Origin: an uncultured Chthonomonadaceae bacterium
GTDB taxonomy: Bacteria > Armatimonadota > Chthonomonadetes > Chthonomonadales > Chthonomonadaceae
Assembly (NCBI GenBank): GCA_963817895.1
Contig: CAWFQB010000005.1
Span: 704,001-768,000, forward strand
Reading direction: 5' to 3'
DNA length: 64,000 bases
Shown here: piece after piece, positions 11,767 through 21,843 of the stretch
Position numbering within the stretch: the stretch's first letter is position 1
Layout of the letters: each line of letters begins with the position of its first letter
Program-made: the position numbers and the translations under genes
Notes under the pieces: model-generated
Seen by the model: only the letters and a program-made list of their open reading frames with translations
What the model was told of the DNA's origin: nothing
The model's database searches: none

Positions 11767-12297
11767 CTAAATCCGCAAGCCTTTTACCTGTCCTAACGCA
11801 TGTACCCATGCTGCCCGTCCGTTGACGACAAAACGCTCGTTTTGCCCGGACGCGGTTTTGATGAGCAGGCCGTTGGGAACAATGCCCGCCGTCGCGACCG
11901 TTTCCGCGCCCGCGATTTCATGCAGGGACAGAGACAGGTCATGCGTCTGAATGTTGATTTTGTGAGAGGTAAAATGCAGCCGCTGATTAGTTACGGTCAG
12001 CCAGCCGCCTACGCTTTCGCCCCGGATGATGTGATTGGCAGGTCCTTCTTTAACAATCTCCTCACCGGGCCGCAGGGGCAGTTTGCCCGCCATTTTGCGG
12101 CTCATCACGCCGCCGAAGACGCCGATAATCAGGCCGAACAACACTCCGGTAATAATCCCGGTCAGCAGCGCGGAAGCGAAGCCAGCCGTAAAAACGGAGA
12201 AAATCGCCATGAAGATGCCGAACACAATGCCGCTGTACACGCCCGCCTTGACGTGGTCTTTCAGCACCCTTTTACGCTGTTGCGGACTTTGCCCCAT
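11767..12297 (-). CDS. Two-TM membrane protein with GRAM/PH-like C-terminal domain
   Basis: Two hydrophobic helices, then EGPANH...VGGWLTVTNQRLHF. Confidence 0.7.
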   Translation of the reverse strand: MGQSPQQRKRVLKDHVKAGVYSGIVFGIFMAIFSVFTAGFASALLTGIITGVLFGLIIGVFGGVMSRKMAGKLPLRPGEEIVKEGPANHIIRGESVGGWLTVTNQRLHFTSHKINIQTHDLSLSLHEIAGAETVATAGIVPNGLLIKTASGQNERFVVNGRAAWVHALGQVKGLRI

Positions 12298-12358
12298 TGT
12301 TTTTGTTCGCTCCTGCTCTGGTCGAGTTGATCGCCGCCGGTTCATGGCGCAGGGACAA

Positions 12359-12988
12359 TCACAAGGTTTGCGTAGCAAACTTGATGAAAATCCAGCGCGC
12401 GGAGGGATTGGGGTTGTCCTGAGTACCGCCCGCAAAGTAGAAAACCAACGCGCCATCCTGATTGGGATGGTTGCCGAACCCGGCGCCGGGTTTCTCGCCG
12501 TTGTTGTAGTGAATATCGTGAAGCCCGTTGCCCGTGCTGTAGGTAAAGCCGAACGCGGCGATGCGGTAAGCAGACCGGGCGTACTGCATCACGGTAGCGG
12601 CAAGGTTGGGGCCGGTGATAGTTTGAAAATCGGTCTGTTTCAGCCCCATGCTATGGTACGACAGCGTTTCGGTCGCAGCGAAACCGGTGGACGGAAAGGC
12701 TGCGCTGCCCAAATCCTCCTCCTTTTCCGCATATTGCGCATTGGAACCCTGATTGGAGTGCGTGTTGAACGCGCACTCATACACGCCTGCCAGCGCGCCA
12801 GACGGGACGCGGAGCAGTATGTAAACGTGGTTGTCGTCCGGTTTTGAACTGCCGCGCGGCGTGAGGCTGACGCTGTTGAAAACGCCTGTCAACATGCCGA
12901 AATGATTGGCAGGCAATTTGTGCTGCGCGCGGGACACGCGCTCGGCGGATGTGAGAAAATGGTGGTTGTCGCTGCTGTGGTCGGCCAT
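12359..12988 (-). CDS. DUF2278/YukJ-like protein
   Basis: GLHDIHYNNG...QDGAL...FATQ motifs; GGAGG RBS. Confidence 0.7.
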   Translation of the reverse strand: MADHSSDNHHFLTSAERVSRAQHKLPANHFGMLTGVFNSVSLTPRGSSKPDDNHVYILLRVPSGALAGVYECAFNTHSNQGSNAQYAEKEEDLGSAAFPSTGFAATETLSYHSMGLKQTDFQTITGPNLAATVMQYARSAYRIAAFGFTYSTGNGLHDIHYNNGEKPGAGFGNHPNQDGALVFYFAGGTQDNPNPSARWIFIKFATQTL

Positions 12989-13000
12989 GGGAGTCCTCCT

Positions 13001-13471
13001 TCAGTCGCCGCTTCGCAGGGCTTCAAGAAGCAAGCGGCGAACATGCGCGTTCGGGCGATAATGAACGAGAAACGGCGTCTGATCGTGGTTGTAAAACTGA
13101 CTGAGCGCGGCTGCCACGCCCGCCGAGCGCGACATGCCCGCTTCGCAATGTACGACAATTAAGTTTACGTCATTTTGCCGCTGTTCGCGCGCGAAGTCGG
13201 CAATCTGTCGCGCCATTTCCGGCGTGAATGGCGCGACATGCGTGATTGAGCGCAGCCGGGGCAGGTCGGAAGCGACATCTGAAAAGTGGAGGCGCAGCAC
13301 GGCCTTGCATTGCGCGGAGTCGGCAAGCGAGGCGGTCTTAACTTGAGGCTCGCCAATAGAGATGACGCCATAGGGTTCCATGTGCGTAACGGTACGCGCC
13401 AGACTGCGATCCAGCACCTGCAATTTGAGGGCTTCGCCTGCAAAAACATCCCGACAGATCGGTTCCAACAT
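13001..13471 (-). CDS. Protein tyrosine phosphatase-like protein
   Basis: VVHCEAGMSRSA (HCX5R); RPNAHV. Confidence 0.85.
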   Translation of the reverse strand: MLEPICRDVFAGEALKLQVLDRSLARTVTHMEPYGVISIGEPQVKTASLADSAQCKAVLRLHFSDVASDLPRLRSITHVAPFTPEMARQIADFAREQRQNDVNLIVVHCEAGMSRSAGVAAALSQFYNHDQTPFLVHYRPNAHVRRLLLEALRSGD

Positions 13472-13487
13472 TCAGCCCGCGCCTTTC

Positions 13488-13811
13488 TTATTCCTCTTCC
13501 GTCATATCCAGCGCAAACGTTTTCCCCGGTTGTTTCGGCTGCCATCCGCGCGCCAATGCCGTTTGTATGTACTCCTCAACATCTACCGGAACAATGGGGC
13601 GTTCCACAGGAATGTCCGGCCCGACATTCGGATGTTGTTGCGGCAATGTGATCGTCAGAACGCTGCCTTTTGCATCGGCATGTTCCACTGCCAGTCCCAT
13701 CGTGTTGGTCATGTAATCCGACTGGCTCTGAGTCGGTCGGCGGCGCATATACCAGCGATACGGTTCGCCGTTCACGACAATGTTTCTGGAACCCCGCTTT
13801 GGTATCGCCAT
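13488..13811 (-). CDS. Hypothetical protein
   Basis: 107-aa ORF with GAGGAG RBS, co-oriented with neighbours. Confidence 0.7.
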   Translation of the reverse strand: MAIPKRGSRNIVVNGEPYRWYMRRRPTQSQSDYMTNTMGLAVEHADAKGSVLTITLPQQHPNVGPDIPVERPIVPVDVEEYIQTALARGWQPKQPGKTFALDMTEEE

Positions 13812-13841
13812 GTTCTTACTCCTCTTCTAGTTTGCAGAATG

Positions 13842-13895
13842 TATTCCTGAAAACGCTGATATTCCTGTATAGGAATACGGTATAATACAGGAATA
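13842..13895 (+). promoter_or_regulatory. Repeated TATTCCTG/CAGGAATA operator boxes around TATAAT upstream of the AbiEi-like gene
   Basis: TATTCCTG at 13842 and 13860, AGGAATA at 13871, CAGGAATA at 13888, TATAAT at 13881. Confidence 0.65.
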
Positions 13896-13944
13896 AGATT
13901 TTGACCATCCTGAACGCGCGAATCAGAAAGACAAACAGAAAATT

Positions 13945-15054
13945 ATGCAGGCGAGAAGCCCCTTGAGTGAGGCGGAGTTGATACAGCATTTGCTTGAAGA
14001 CGAGTTACAAGTGCCTCCTGTGAAATTGCGTCTAGTGCCTGAACCACTTCAACTCCCTTCTGGAGTAAAGCCAGATGGCGTATTGGAAGTGAGTTGGCAG
14101 GAGCGAATACATCGTTTTGTCTTTGAATACAAACCTTTGAACACCCCGAAGGCAATTGATACAGCCATCGCGCAGGTAAGTCGGTTTGCCACGCAATCAA
14201 AATTCCTTCCAATGATTATTGTACCCTTCCTGTCGGAAGAACAACTTCACAAGCTTGAACAGGAGAAAATAAGCGCGGTTGATCTCTGCGGCAATGGGGT
14301 CATCCTTGCGCCGGGAATGGCAATATGGCGTTCAGGCCAACCCAATCTTTTCAAAAGCGCTCAAACTATCAAAAACATATACGGTGGCAACAGTTCTATT
14401 TTCGCCCGCTGTTTTCTGTTGCAGTCGGAATTTGCCTCTATTTCCGAACTGCGCGATTTCGCCTGGAAACGTTCCTATACCGCTTGGGGGAAAGAGCCTG
14501 ATAAAGCAACGCTGACACAAGGCACAGCTTCTAAAGTGGTACAGGCGCTTGAGCAAGAACTGATTGTTTCGCGCCGCGCGGGTAAGTTGACGCTGATTGA
14601 TCCGCAAACGCTTCTGGAAAGATTGCGCGTAAAGCATCGCCGACCGGAAGGCGCGTTGATGAAGGGAAAGACCCTGCTCTCAAGACAGGAAATCTGGCAA
14701 AGACTTCAAGACGCAGACCAGAATAGCGCAATGCGCTATGTTGTAACCGGGGCCGGGGCCGCGAACCACTATGGCCTTCTTTCTGGCATAGAACCCCTGT
14801 CATTGTATGTAACTTCGCTCAGTACCGCTTCCAATTGGCTTGAAGTAAAATCCACGCATGTCTTTCCCAACGTTGAGTTAATAGAAGACAAGGGCAATGT
14901 GGTCTACTTCGATGCGCGAAAATCAAATAAAGAAATTTGGGCTTCACCAATACAAACCTGGCTTGAACTTGTCTCCGGCAATGCGCGCGAACAAGAGGCA
15001 GCCAAAACGCTGGAGGATCAACTGCTCCAAGAGAGTATGGAGAAAACTTTTTGA
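13945..15054 (+). CDS. Putative type IV TA antitoxin / AbiEi-like regulator with N-terminal PD-(D/E)xK-like segment
   Basis: KPDG...FEYK, DLCGN, central HTH-like region, C-terminal ASPIQTWLEL...REQEAA; overlaps a downstream nucleotidyltransferase-like gene. Confidence 0.6.
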   Translation: MQARSPLSEAELIQHLLEDELQVPPVKLRLVPEPLQLPSGVKPDGVLEVSWQERIHRFVFEYKPLNTPKAIDTAIAQVSRFATQSKFLPMIIVPFLSEEQLHKLEQEKISAVDLCGNGVILAPGMAIWRSGQPNLFKSAQTIKNIYGGNSSIFARCFLLQSEFASISELRDFAWKRSYTAWGKEPDKATLTQGTASKVVQALEQELIVSRRAGKLTLIDPQTLLERLRVKHRRPEGALMKGKTLLSRQEIWQRLQDADQNSAMRYVVTGAGAANHYGLLSGIEPLSLYVTSLSTASNWLEVKSTHVFPNVELIEDKGNVVYFDARKSNKEIWASPIQTWLELVSGNAREQEAAKTLEDQLLQESMEKTF

Positions 15055-15917
15055 ACAATTCACTGGTCGAAGACGCGCTACTGCCGCACCTGTTGGATAT
15101 TGTCTCTGATCCAGCGGCAGAAGGATTGATATTGGCAGGCGGATTAGGCATTCAGTTGAAGCGCCAATACCTGCGCGACACGGAAGCAAGAACGCTCATC
15201 ACTGTTGGAGAACTGCCTGCTGTGCGCCCGACACAGGATATTGACCTTTTTCTGCTGATTGAACTGTTTTTGAAGAAGGAACGTGGCGCAACATTCAGAA
15301 ATCTACTAAACGGTCTGGACTATAAGCCAAACAAACCGAATTGGAAATTTGGAAAGCCACTGGGTTCCGCATTTCCTGCCCATGTAGAAGTGATACTTGA
15401 CTTGATGGCGCGTTCGCCACAAGAAGATGAAAATGTAAAATACGACGATATGCGTGTTGGCAAGAAGTCGGGAACTGATTTACATGGGCGTAACACGCCC
15501 GAGGCTTTTGCAGTTGAAGACGTGCCGCTCAAAATTGATGTTTCAGGAACGCGAACAGATGGTATGGAAATTGATGCTGAAGTTCTGGTACCGCATTCTT
15601 ACGCCTGGCTGAACATGAAGGTAAAAACGGCGCATGATTGGCTAACCCAAGCTTCGGCAAATCCCAGTGAAAAACATACCTTTGATGTATACATGCTGAC
15701 GGCGATGCTCACGTAAGCCGAAATCGAAACAGCATCCGAACTGGCGTTAAAATATGCCAGTCACCCGATTGCAGCAGACAACAAAAAGTTTGCGGTTGAA
15801 CTGTATGACTTACCTGACTCAGCAGGCTGTAGAGAAGCCGGGCGACAAGCCGGGAAACCACTTGAATATGACGTATTTTGGGAAGCGCTCCGCCAAGTTT
15901 TGGGCATCAATCTTTAA
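15051..15917 (+). pseudogene. AbiEii-like nucleotidyltransferase with an in-frame TAA at 15714-15716
   Basis: LILAGGLG and RPTQDIDL motifs; the same frame stays open for 66 more sense codons to TAA at 15915-15917. Confidence 0.6.
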
Positions 15918-15995
15918 CTTTGCGTAATGGCGCGCGCCAACTTCGCAAACACTCTATCTTATTTTTGAAGCATTTTGCTCAGGAGGGGCTTTGCC

Positions 15996-16460
15996 ATGTT
16001 CAACTCGAAACACTTTCCCACGCAATCCGTTTGCCTGCGCGTTTTACTGCTGCTGCTTGTCGGCGCGCCGCTCGGCGGATGCGGCAGCGGCGACTATAAC
16101 CCCGACTACACGGGAAATGGCATGCAGGGCATACGCGGCACGGCCTACGTCAAAAATGTGGATGGCTCTATGATGCCGTATGCCGATGGCAGCATCGTGG
16201 CAACCGCGAACTACTGCATTCGTATCAGAGATGGCGTCGTTGAAGGCCCCGCCTGTGGCGATCATATCGTGGCAAGCGCAATAACCGATGCGGCAGGGCA
16301 TTACACGCTTTCCCTGATTCCGGGTATGTACATCCTGTCCTTCGCGCCCCACGACGACTTCAACAACCCTTTTCTGGTGACGCTTCCCGGCACGGTCGTA
16401 AAGTCGCGCGCGTTTACCACAGTGGATCCCCTGCATGATCTCTCCAAACCCGCGCAGTGA
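15996..16460 (+). CDS. Lipoprotein with carboxypeptidase-regulatory-like beta domain
   Basis: LGGC lipobox; TDAAGHYTLSLIPGMY; AGGAGG RBS. Confidence 0.7.
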   Translation: MFNSKHFPTQSVCLRVLLLLLVGAPLGGCGSGDYNPDYTGNGMQGIRGTAYVKNVDGSMMPYADGSIVATANYCIRIRDGVVEGPACGDHIVASAITDAAGHYTLSLIPGMYILSFAPHDDFNNPFLVTLPGTVVKSRAFTTVDPLHDLSKPAQ

Positions 16461-16604
16461 CGCGCTTATTACGACGGCGCGGCAGCCGCGAAGTTTCTTT
16501 CCCCCTCTTTCGGACAGTCTTGCGAATAAAGCAGGAGATTGATACGTTGTACAGAATACAGGAAGTATGACACTGCGGGGAAGCGGAAAGGGAGCGACTA
16601 TCGA

Positions 16605-18299
16605 ATGGCGATGCCGGTTATCTGGACGATTGATGATGATGCGGATGTGCTGCAGGCCGTGCGCAATGATTTGCGGCAGTACGTTCATGGGATGGCGAAA
16701 GCGGCGGGAACCACGCCGCAATACCGGATTATGGCCGCGTCTTCCGGGCCGAGCGCGCTGGAAGCCCTGAAGGAGCTGAAAGCGCGAAATGAACCCGTCG
16801 CGCTGTTTCTGGTGGATCAGCGCATGCCGGAAATGACGGGCGTGGAGTTTCTGGAACAGGCCCGCCACCTGTACCCGGACGCCAAACGCGCCCTGCTCAC
16901 GGCCTATTCCGACTCGGACGCGGCCATACGCGCGATCAATTCCGTGCGCGTGGACTACTATCTGGTGAAGCCGTGGAGTCCCGCGCAGCAGAATCTCTAT
17001 CCCGTTCTGGATCGGCTCTTAGCGGCATGGCAGCAGGATTACCGTCCCGATTTCGACGGTATTCGCGTTATCGGGCATCGGTGGTCGCCCCTGACGCACG
17101 ATGTTAAGGATTTCCTCGCCCGCAATCGCAGCCCGTATCTGTGGATGGACGTGGAAACCGAAAAAGATGTTTGCGCGCGTCTCACAGCGCTTGATCTGGG
17201 CGATGAAGACTTGCCGGTCGTGCTGTTTCCCGACGGGTCGCATCTTGCGAAACCATCCATCCTCGAACTTGCCGATAAACTGGGACTGAAGACGCAGGCG
17301 CAGGCCGAATTCTACGATTTGATTATCATTGGCGGCGGACCGGCGGGATTGGCGGCGGGCGTGTACGGCGCGTCCGAAGGTTTGAAAACGCTGATGGTCG
17401 AGCGGGAAGCGCCGGGCGGGCAGGCGGGAACCAGTTCGCTGATCGAAAACTATCTTGGTTTTCCCGAAGGGGTGACCGGGCAGGAACTCGCGCATCTGGC
17501 TGTAAGGCAGGCGGAAAAATTCAACGTGGAAATCCTCGCGCCGCAAGAAGTTGTCGGCATTCGCGTTGAAGACCCGTATCGTTATGTGAAGCTGAAAGAC
17601 GGCAGCGAAGTGGGCGCATACGCTATTGTAATCGCGACGGGCGTGACGTGGCGGCGCTTGAACGTGCCGGGACTGGAAGAACTGACGGGCGCGGGCGTGT
17701 ACTACGGCGCGGCGATGACTGAAGCGATGGCGTGCCGGGATGAGCGTGTGTTCATTGTGGGCGGCGCGAACTCCGCCGGACAGGGCGCGATGTACTTTTC
17801 CCGTTATGCCAGTCATGTCACCATGCTGATAAGGGGCGACAGCCTTGCTCGCACGATGTCGCAGTATCTCATCGAACAGATCGAGAAAACGCCGAACATC
17901 GAGGTGCGGACGTGCGCTCAGGTGGTGAAAGCGCGCGGCGAAAACCGACTGGAAGCGATAGACATTCTGGACGCGAATGGCGACAAGGTAGAAACCGTTC
18001 CCGCCACATCCCTGTTTATCTTCATCGGCGCGGAACCCTGCACGGAATGGCTGGACGGCATTGTAGCCCGCGACGATCACGGTTTTATTCTGACCGGCCC
18101 GGACCTGATGCGCGACGGCAAATACCCCGCGAACTGGAAACGCGACCGCGACCCGCTGCTGCTGGAAACGGACGTTCCCGGCATTTTCGCGGCGGGGGAC
18201 GTGCGGCACGGTTCCGTAAAACGCTGCGCGGCAGGCGTAGGCGCAGGTTCTATTTCGGTGCAATTCGTGCATCAGTATCTGGCGGAAGTTAGAGGATAG
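16605..18299 (+). CDS. Receiver domain fused to a thioredoxin-reductase-like FAD oxidoreductase
   Basis: IDDD...VDQRMP...KPW receiver; GGGPAG, GGANSAG, FAAGDVR. Confidence 0.92.
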   Translation: MAMPVIWTIDDDADVLQAVRNDLRQYVHGMAKAAGTTPQYRIMAASSGPSALEALKELKARNEPVALFLVDQRMPEMTGVEFLEQARHLYPDAKRALLTAYSDSDAAIRAINSVRVDYYLVKPWSPAQQNLYPVLDRLLAAWQQDYRPDFDGIRVIGHRWSPLTHDVKDFLARNRSPYLWMDVETEKDVCARLTALDLGDEDLPVVLFPDGSHLAKPSILELADKLGLKTQAQAEFYDLIIIGGGPAGLAAGVYGASEGLKTLMVEREAPGGQAGTSSLIENYLGFPEGVTGQELAHLAVRQAEKFNVEILAPQEVVGIRVEDPYRYVKLKDGSEVGAYAIVIATGVTWRRLNVPGLEELTGAGVYYGAAMTEAMACRDERVFIVGGANSAGQGAMYFSRYASHVTMLIRGDSLARTMSQYLIEQIEKTPNIEVRTCAQVVKARGENRLEAIDILDANGDKVETVPATSLFIFIGAEPCTEWLDGIVARDDHGFILTGPDLMRDGKYPANWKRDRDPLLLETDVPGIFAAGDVRHGSVKRCAAGVGAGSISVQFVHQYLAEVRG

Positions 18300-18313
18300 G
18301 TGTTCAGGTACTC

Positions 18314-18435
18314 ATAGACAAATCACTTAAACATGGTACATTTGCCTCATACCGGCATATAAAATGCCGGTTATAAGGCCTTCGGCCAACTGTCCTGCGG
18401 ACGAAGGATTGTTTTATGTTTAATGATTTGTCCAT
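18314..18435. repeat. ~122-bp MITE/REP-like element, same family as 31228-31352
   Basis: Ends ATAGACAAATCA / TGATTTGTCCAT; internal GTCC-loop-GGAC hairpin module. Confidence 0.65.
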
Positions 18436-18472
18436 AAGTGCTTCTTACGCTTGAACCCTAACGGCTTCACTC

Positions 18473-19174
18473 ATGGTCATTGAAATCGGGAAATTAGTAA
18501 AAGAGAATCAGAGGATGTACATGCCCATCACTAAAACTGAGGAACTTGATAAGCAATTGCGCGAACTCTACGCCGTTCATTCGTCTGATACACTTCACAT
18601 CAAGCCCATCCTTGATGAGCAGGAAGCCGAAGATTTCCTTGCTGGTTTTACAGCGGAACTTTTTACGGTAGACGATCTTGGCTATGCGCAAAGCGCTCAT
18701 TTGGATGAGGTTCGACCAAAAAAGGACCGTCAACAAATATTTCAATTGTTCTGGCATGGTCCTAAGCTAGAAAATCCATCTCCAGAGGCTCGTCGTAAAC
18801 GTTATCTCTTTCGAGAAGGCGTATGCCAATTGGCTGCTGTTTCGGCTCTGGTCTTACGTTACGGATGGCCGCGTGAGCAAGTCTATCTTGATCCGGGTAA
18901 GACGTTAAGCGGGAATCTTCAATATGCGGTGGATTTGGTTGTGACCAGTGGCGCAACGGGGCAAACAGTCATTTGCGGCGAAGTAAAGCGAAGTACGGCT
19001 GATCTTCAGGCTCTTATTCGTCAATTCTCTGATTGTTGTCAGCGAGGAGCGCATGGTAAGAACGAATGTAACAACAGTCAGCACCGTAAATTTGAAGCCT
19101 GCTGGCAATCGCGTCCCCAATATTTTCTGGGCTGTTTGTCCGGGAAGCAGGCGAACCTTCAGCCTCTCCTTTGA
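18473..19174 (+). CDS. Hypothetical lower-GC protein, possible PD-(D/E)xK (HsdR-N-like) nuclease
   Basis: YGWP...AVDLVV...ICGEVK pattern; 3' end may be frameshifted. Confidence 0.5.
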   Translation: MVIEIGKLVKENQRMYMPITKTEELDKQLRELYAVHSSDTLHIKPILDEQEAEDFLAGFTAELFTVDDLGYAQSAHLDEVRPKKDRQQIFQLFWHGPKLENPSPEARRKRYLFREGVCQLAAVSALVLRYGWPREQVYLDPGKTLSGNLQYAVDLVVTSGATGQTVICGEVKRSTADLQALIRQFSDCCQRGAHGKNECNNSQHRKFEACWQSRPQYFLGCLSGKQANLQPLL

Positions 19175-19405
19175 GGAAGATCGTCTCGTGCCGAAGGAAG
19201 TGGAGGATATTCCCTGTTGGGAATCCTGATGGAGAAAGCAGTGGACTGAGAGGCAATCCTCCGTCCGCAGGACGGTTGGCCGAAGGTCTCTCCAACCGAC
19301 AAAAGAGATTTAGATGGTATACGTCGGTTAAGCGCGATTGTACAATTTCAATATGATTTACCTGTTAGACTGTATCTCTCGCTGTGATTTGTCAGGGAGT
19401 ATCTT

Positions 19406-20809
19406 ATGCCGACGCGCGATGAAGTGTTGTATCCAAAACTGAATGATGAGCAGATCGGGTTTCTGTCACAAAAGGGGCGGGAAGTCTGCTATAAATCGGG
19501 CGAGATGATTTTTGAAGAGGGGCAACCTGTCAGCAGCCTGCATATCGTGTTGGCAGGGCAGATACGAGTGACGCGGCGGGATGGCGTTGCCAACCATCTG
19601 ATTACCGTGCATGGGCCGGGAGAGTTTACCGGGGAATTTTCGCTGCTGACGGGCGGAACCAATGTGGCGACGGGGCGCGCGATGGGTGAGTGCCGCGTGC
19701 TGGAAATCGGGGCGGAGACGTTTCGAGGCATGTTGGGCAAATGTTCGCCCCTGACGAATACGGTCGTGCAGGCGCTGGCAACGCGCCGACAGGACGTGGA
19801 CGCTTTGCAGCAGCAGCGCGAAAAGCTGGCGTCACTGGGATTGATGGCGGCGGGACTGGCGCACGAACTGAACAATCCGGCGGGCGCGGCCCTGAGTGCG
19901 GTTCAAACTCTGCGCGATACGTTTCACACGCAGCAGACTTTGACTCTGCAACTTCACCGCTCTGCCAAACTGCCGCCCGACCAGCACGCCTTTTTGATTG
20001 ATTTCGCCTGCGAAGCGACCGACAAGAACCTCAAGGCCGAGCCGCTTGATCCGATTACGCAGAGCGACCGGGAAGAAGAACTAATCGCATGGCTGGACGA
20101 GTATGACGTTGCCGACAGCTACGAACTCGCGCCGACGTTTGTGGCGAACGGACTGGACAAAACCGCGCTGCAAAAAGTTGTGGATACGGTAGAGTGTGAA
20201 TTGCTGTGCGATGTGTTCGCGTGGCTGGAATCCCTCCTGAAAATGCGCGGCCTGATGGATCAGATTGAAAGCAGCACGAGTTGGGTATCCAAACTCGTGG
20301 CATCGGTGAAAAAGTACACGTACATGGATCAGGCTCCCATACAGGAGATTGACGTTCACGAGGGGTTGGACGACACCTTGACTATGCTCGGCTACAAACT
20401 GAAAAAGGCGAGTATCAAGCTGGAACGGGAGTACGCGCCCGACCTGCCCCGCATTTGCGCGTATGGCAGCGAACTGAATCAAGCGTGGACAAACCTGATT
20501 ATCAACGCCATTGACGCGCTCGAAACCGTTGATGCCAAACGCGCCCTGCGCATCCGCACCAAACCCTCGGACGACAGCGTGATTGTGGAGATCGAAGACA
20601 ACGGGCCGGGGATTCCTATCGCCATTCAAGACCGCGTGTTCGACCCATTTTTCACGACCAAAGACGTGGGTAAAGGCACAGGCATGGGGCTGGACATCAC
20701 CAACCGCATCATCACCAAGCGCCATCACGGCGACCTGCAACTCCTGTCCGAACCGGGCAGCACCTGTTTTCGCATCCGATTGCCGATAAAACCGGTGGAG
20801 AGTGAATAA
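19406..20809 (+). CDS. cNMP-binding domain sensor histidine kinase
   Basis: GPGEFTGE; AGLAHELNNP; LNQAWTNL; DNGPGI; FFTTK; GTGMGL. Confidence 0.93.
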   Translation: MPTRDEVLYPKLNDEQIGFLSQKGREVCYKSGEMIFEEGQPVSSLHIVLAGQIRVTRRDGVANHLITVHGPGEFTGEFSLLTGGTNVATGRAMGECRVLEIGAETFRGMLGKCSPLTNTVVQALATRRQDVDALQQQREKLASLGLMAAGLAHELNNPAGAALSAVQTLRDTFHTQQTLTLQLHRSAKLPPDQHAFLIDFACEATDKNLKAEPLDPITQSDREEELIAWLDEYDVADSYELAPTFVANGLDKTALQKVVDTVECELLCDVFAWLESLLKMRGLMDQIESSTSWVSKLVASVKKYTYMDQAPIQEIDVHEGLDDTLTMLGYKLKKASIKLEREYAPDLPRICAYGSELNQAWTNLIINAIDALETVDAKRALRIRTKPSDDSVIVEIEDNGPGIPIAIQDRVFDPFFTTKDVGKGTGMGLDITNRIITKRHHGDLQLLSEPGSTCFRIRLPIKPVESE

Positions 20810-20858
20810 GAAGTGAGAGTGAGAGAACATGGTTTTACTCTCACTCAAAGGAACTGCT

Positions 20859-21122
20859 ATGACCGAAACATGTACCCATCTTGACCATATCCACGATGTA
20901 ACGCCGAGCGCGAAGGGCTGCGAGGAGTGTTTGAAAATGGGCGATTCGTGGGTACATCTGCGGATGTGCAAAGAGTGTGGACACGTCGGCTGCTGCGACT
21001 CCTCCAAAAACAAACACGCCACCAAACATTTCCATGCCACGAACCACCCCGTGATGCAGTCGTTTCAACCCGGCGAAGACTGGTACTGGTGTTACGTAGA
21101 TGAACTCACGTTTGAACTGTAA
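20859..21122 (+). CDS. UBP-type zinc finger protein
   Basis: CTHL...CEEC...HLRMCKECGHVGCCDSS...HATKH...WCYVD. Confidence 0.9.
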   Translation: MTETCTHLDHIHDVTPSAKGCEECLKMGDSWVHLRMCKECGHVGCCDSSKNKHATKHFHATNHPVMQSFQPGEDWYWCYVDELTFEL

Positions 21123-21512
21123 GTTTGTTTACCTCACCCCCGGCCCCTCTCCTTGCCGCGCAACGCGCTAAGAGAGGGGAGGCGCTTTGATGGAGAATTT
21201 TGTAATGGCAGAACAATCTTCATGGGACGCGGGCAAGGAATTTGTGTTGAAGATGTTGCGGTGGGTTTTTAGACTTCCACAAGCCTCTATCACTCATAAG
21301 GAAGCTGTTAAACTTGCGTGTCGTGTGGCCTGTACTGAGGGGAATATTCCTACTAATCCTTGGATATCCAAACATGGACTGAGATACTGTGTAGTAACGA
21401 TGCACCAGCGTAAAGGCAACAATAGCCATTATATCGTTGACCTTGTGAGCGTCACTGCCGAACATGTGTAAACCCAATGCAAGCGCGTGAGTTGGATAAC
21501 CATTTGCTAATA

Positions 21513-21794
21513 TTAGCCCTGCGACCCTTCCAGCAGTCTTTTTCCTGCCATCTGAATTGCCTGCACAACCTGCTCACGCGTGACAGTGGGAAAACATTCG
21601 AGAAACACATCAATGTTTTCGCCGCCCGCAAGGTAGTCCCATAAATCTTGAACAGGAACCCGTGTCCCGGTGAAGCAGGGAACGCCGCCCATGCGTTCCG
21701 CGTCAATGGAAACCACTATGGAACGTGGGTCGAACGGCGATACTTGTTCGGTGTTTGTTTTATCCAAAACTGGCAGAATGGTTGCTGAACTCAT
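21513..21794 (-). CDS. DUF433 family protein (antitoxin-like)
   Basis: MGGVPCFTGTRVPV...FPTVTREQV; GGAGG RBS. Confidence 0.88.
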   Translation of the reverse strand: MSSATILPVLDKTNTEQVSPFDPRSIVVSIDAERMGGVPCFTGTRVPVQDLWDYLAGGENIDVFLECFPTVTREQVVQAIQMAGKRLLEGSQG

Positions 21795-21843
21795 GAAGCG
21801 CCTCCCTCTGAACTTTCTCTATGATACAGGAATCCAGACATAG

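Noticed and set aside
17019..18272. Long antisense ORFs (e.g. 17019-18272, 34925-36034, 2879-3748, 28923-29807)
   Set aside because: Shadow or alternative-frame ORFs of well-supported genes, expected in GC-rich DNA.
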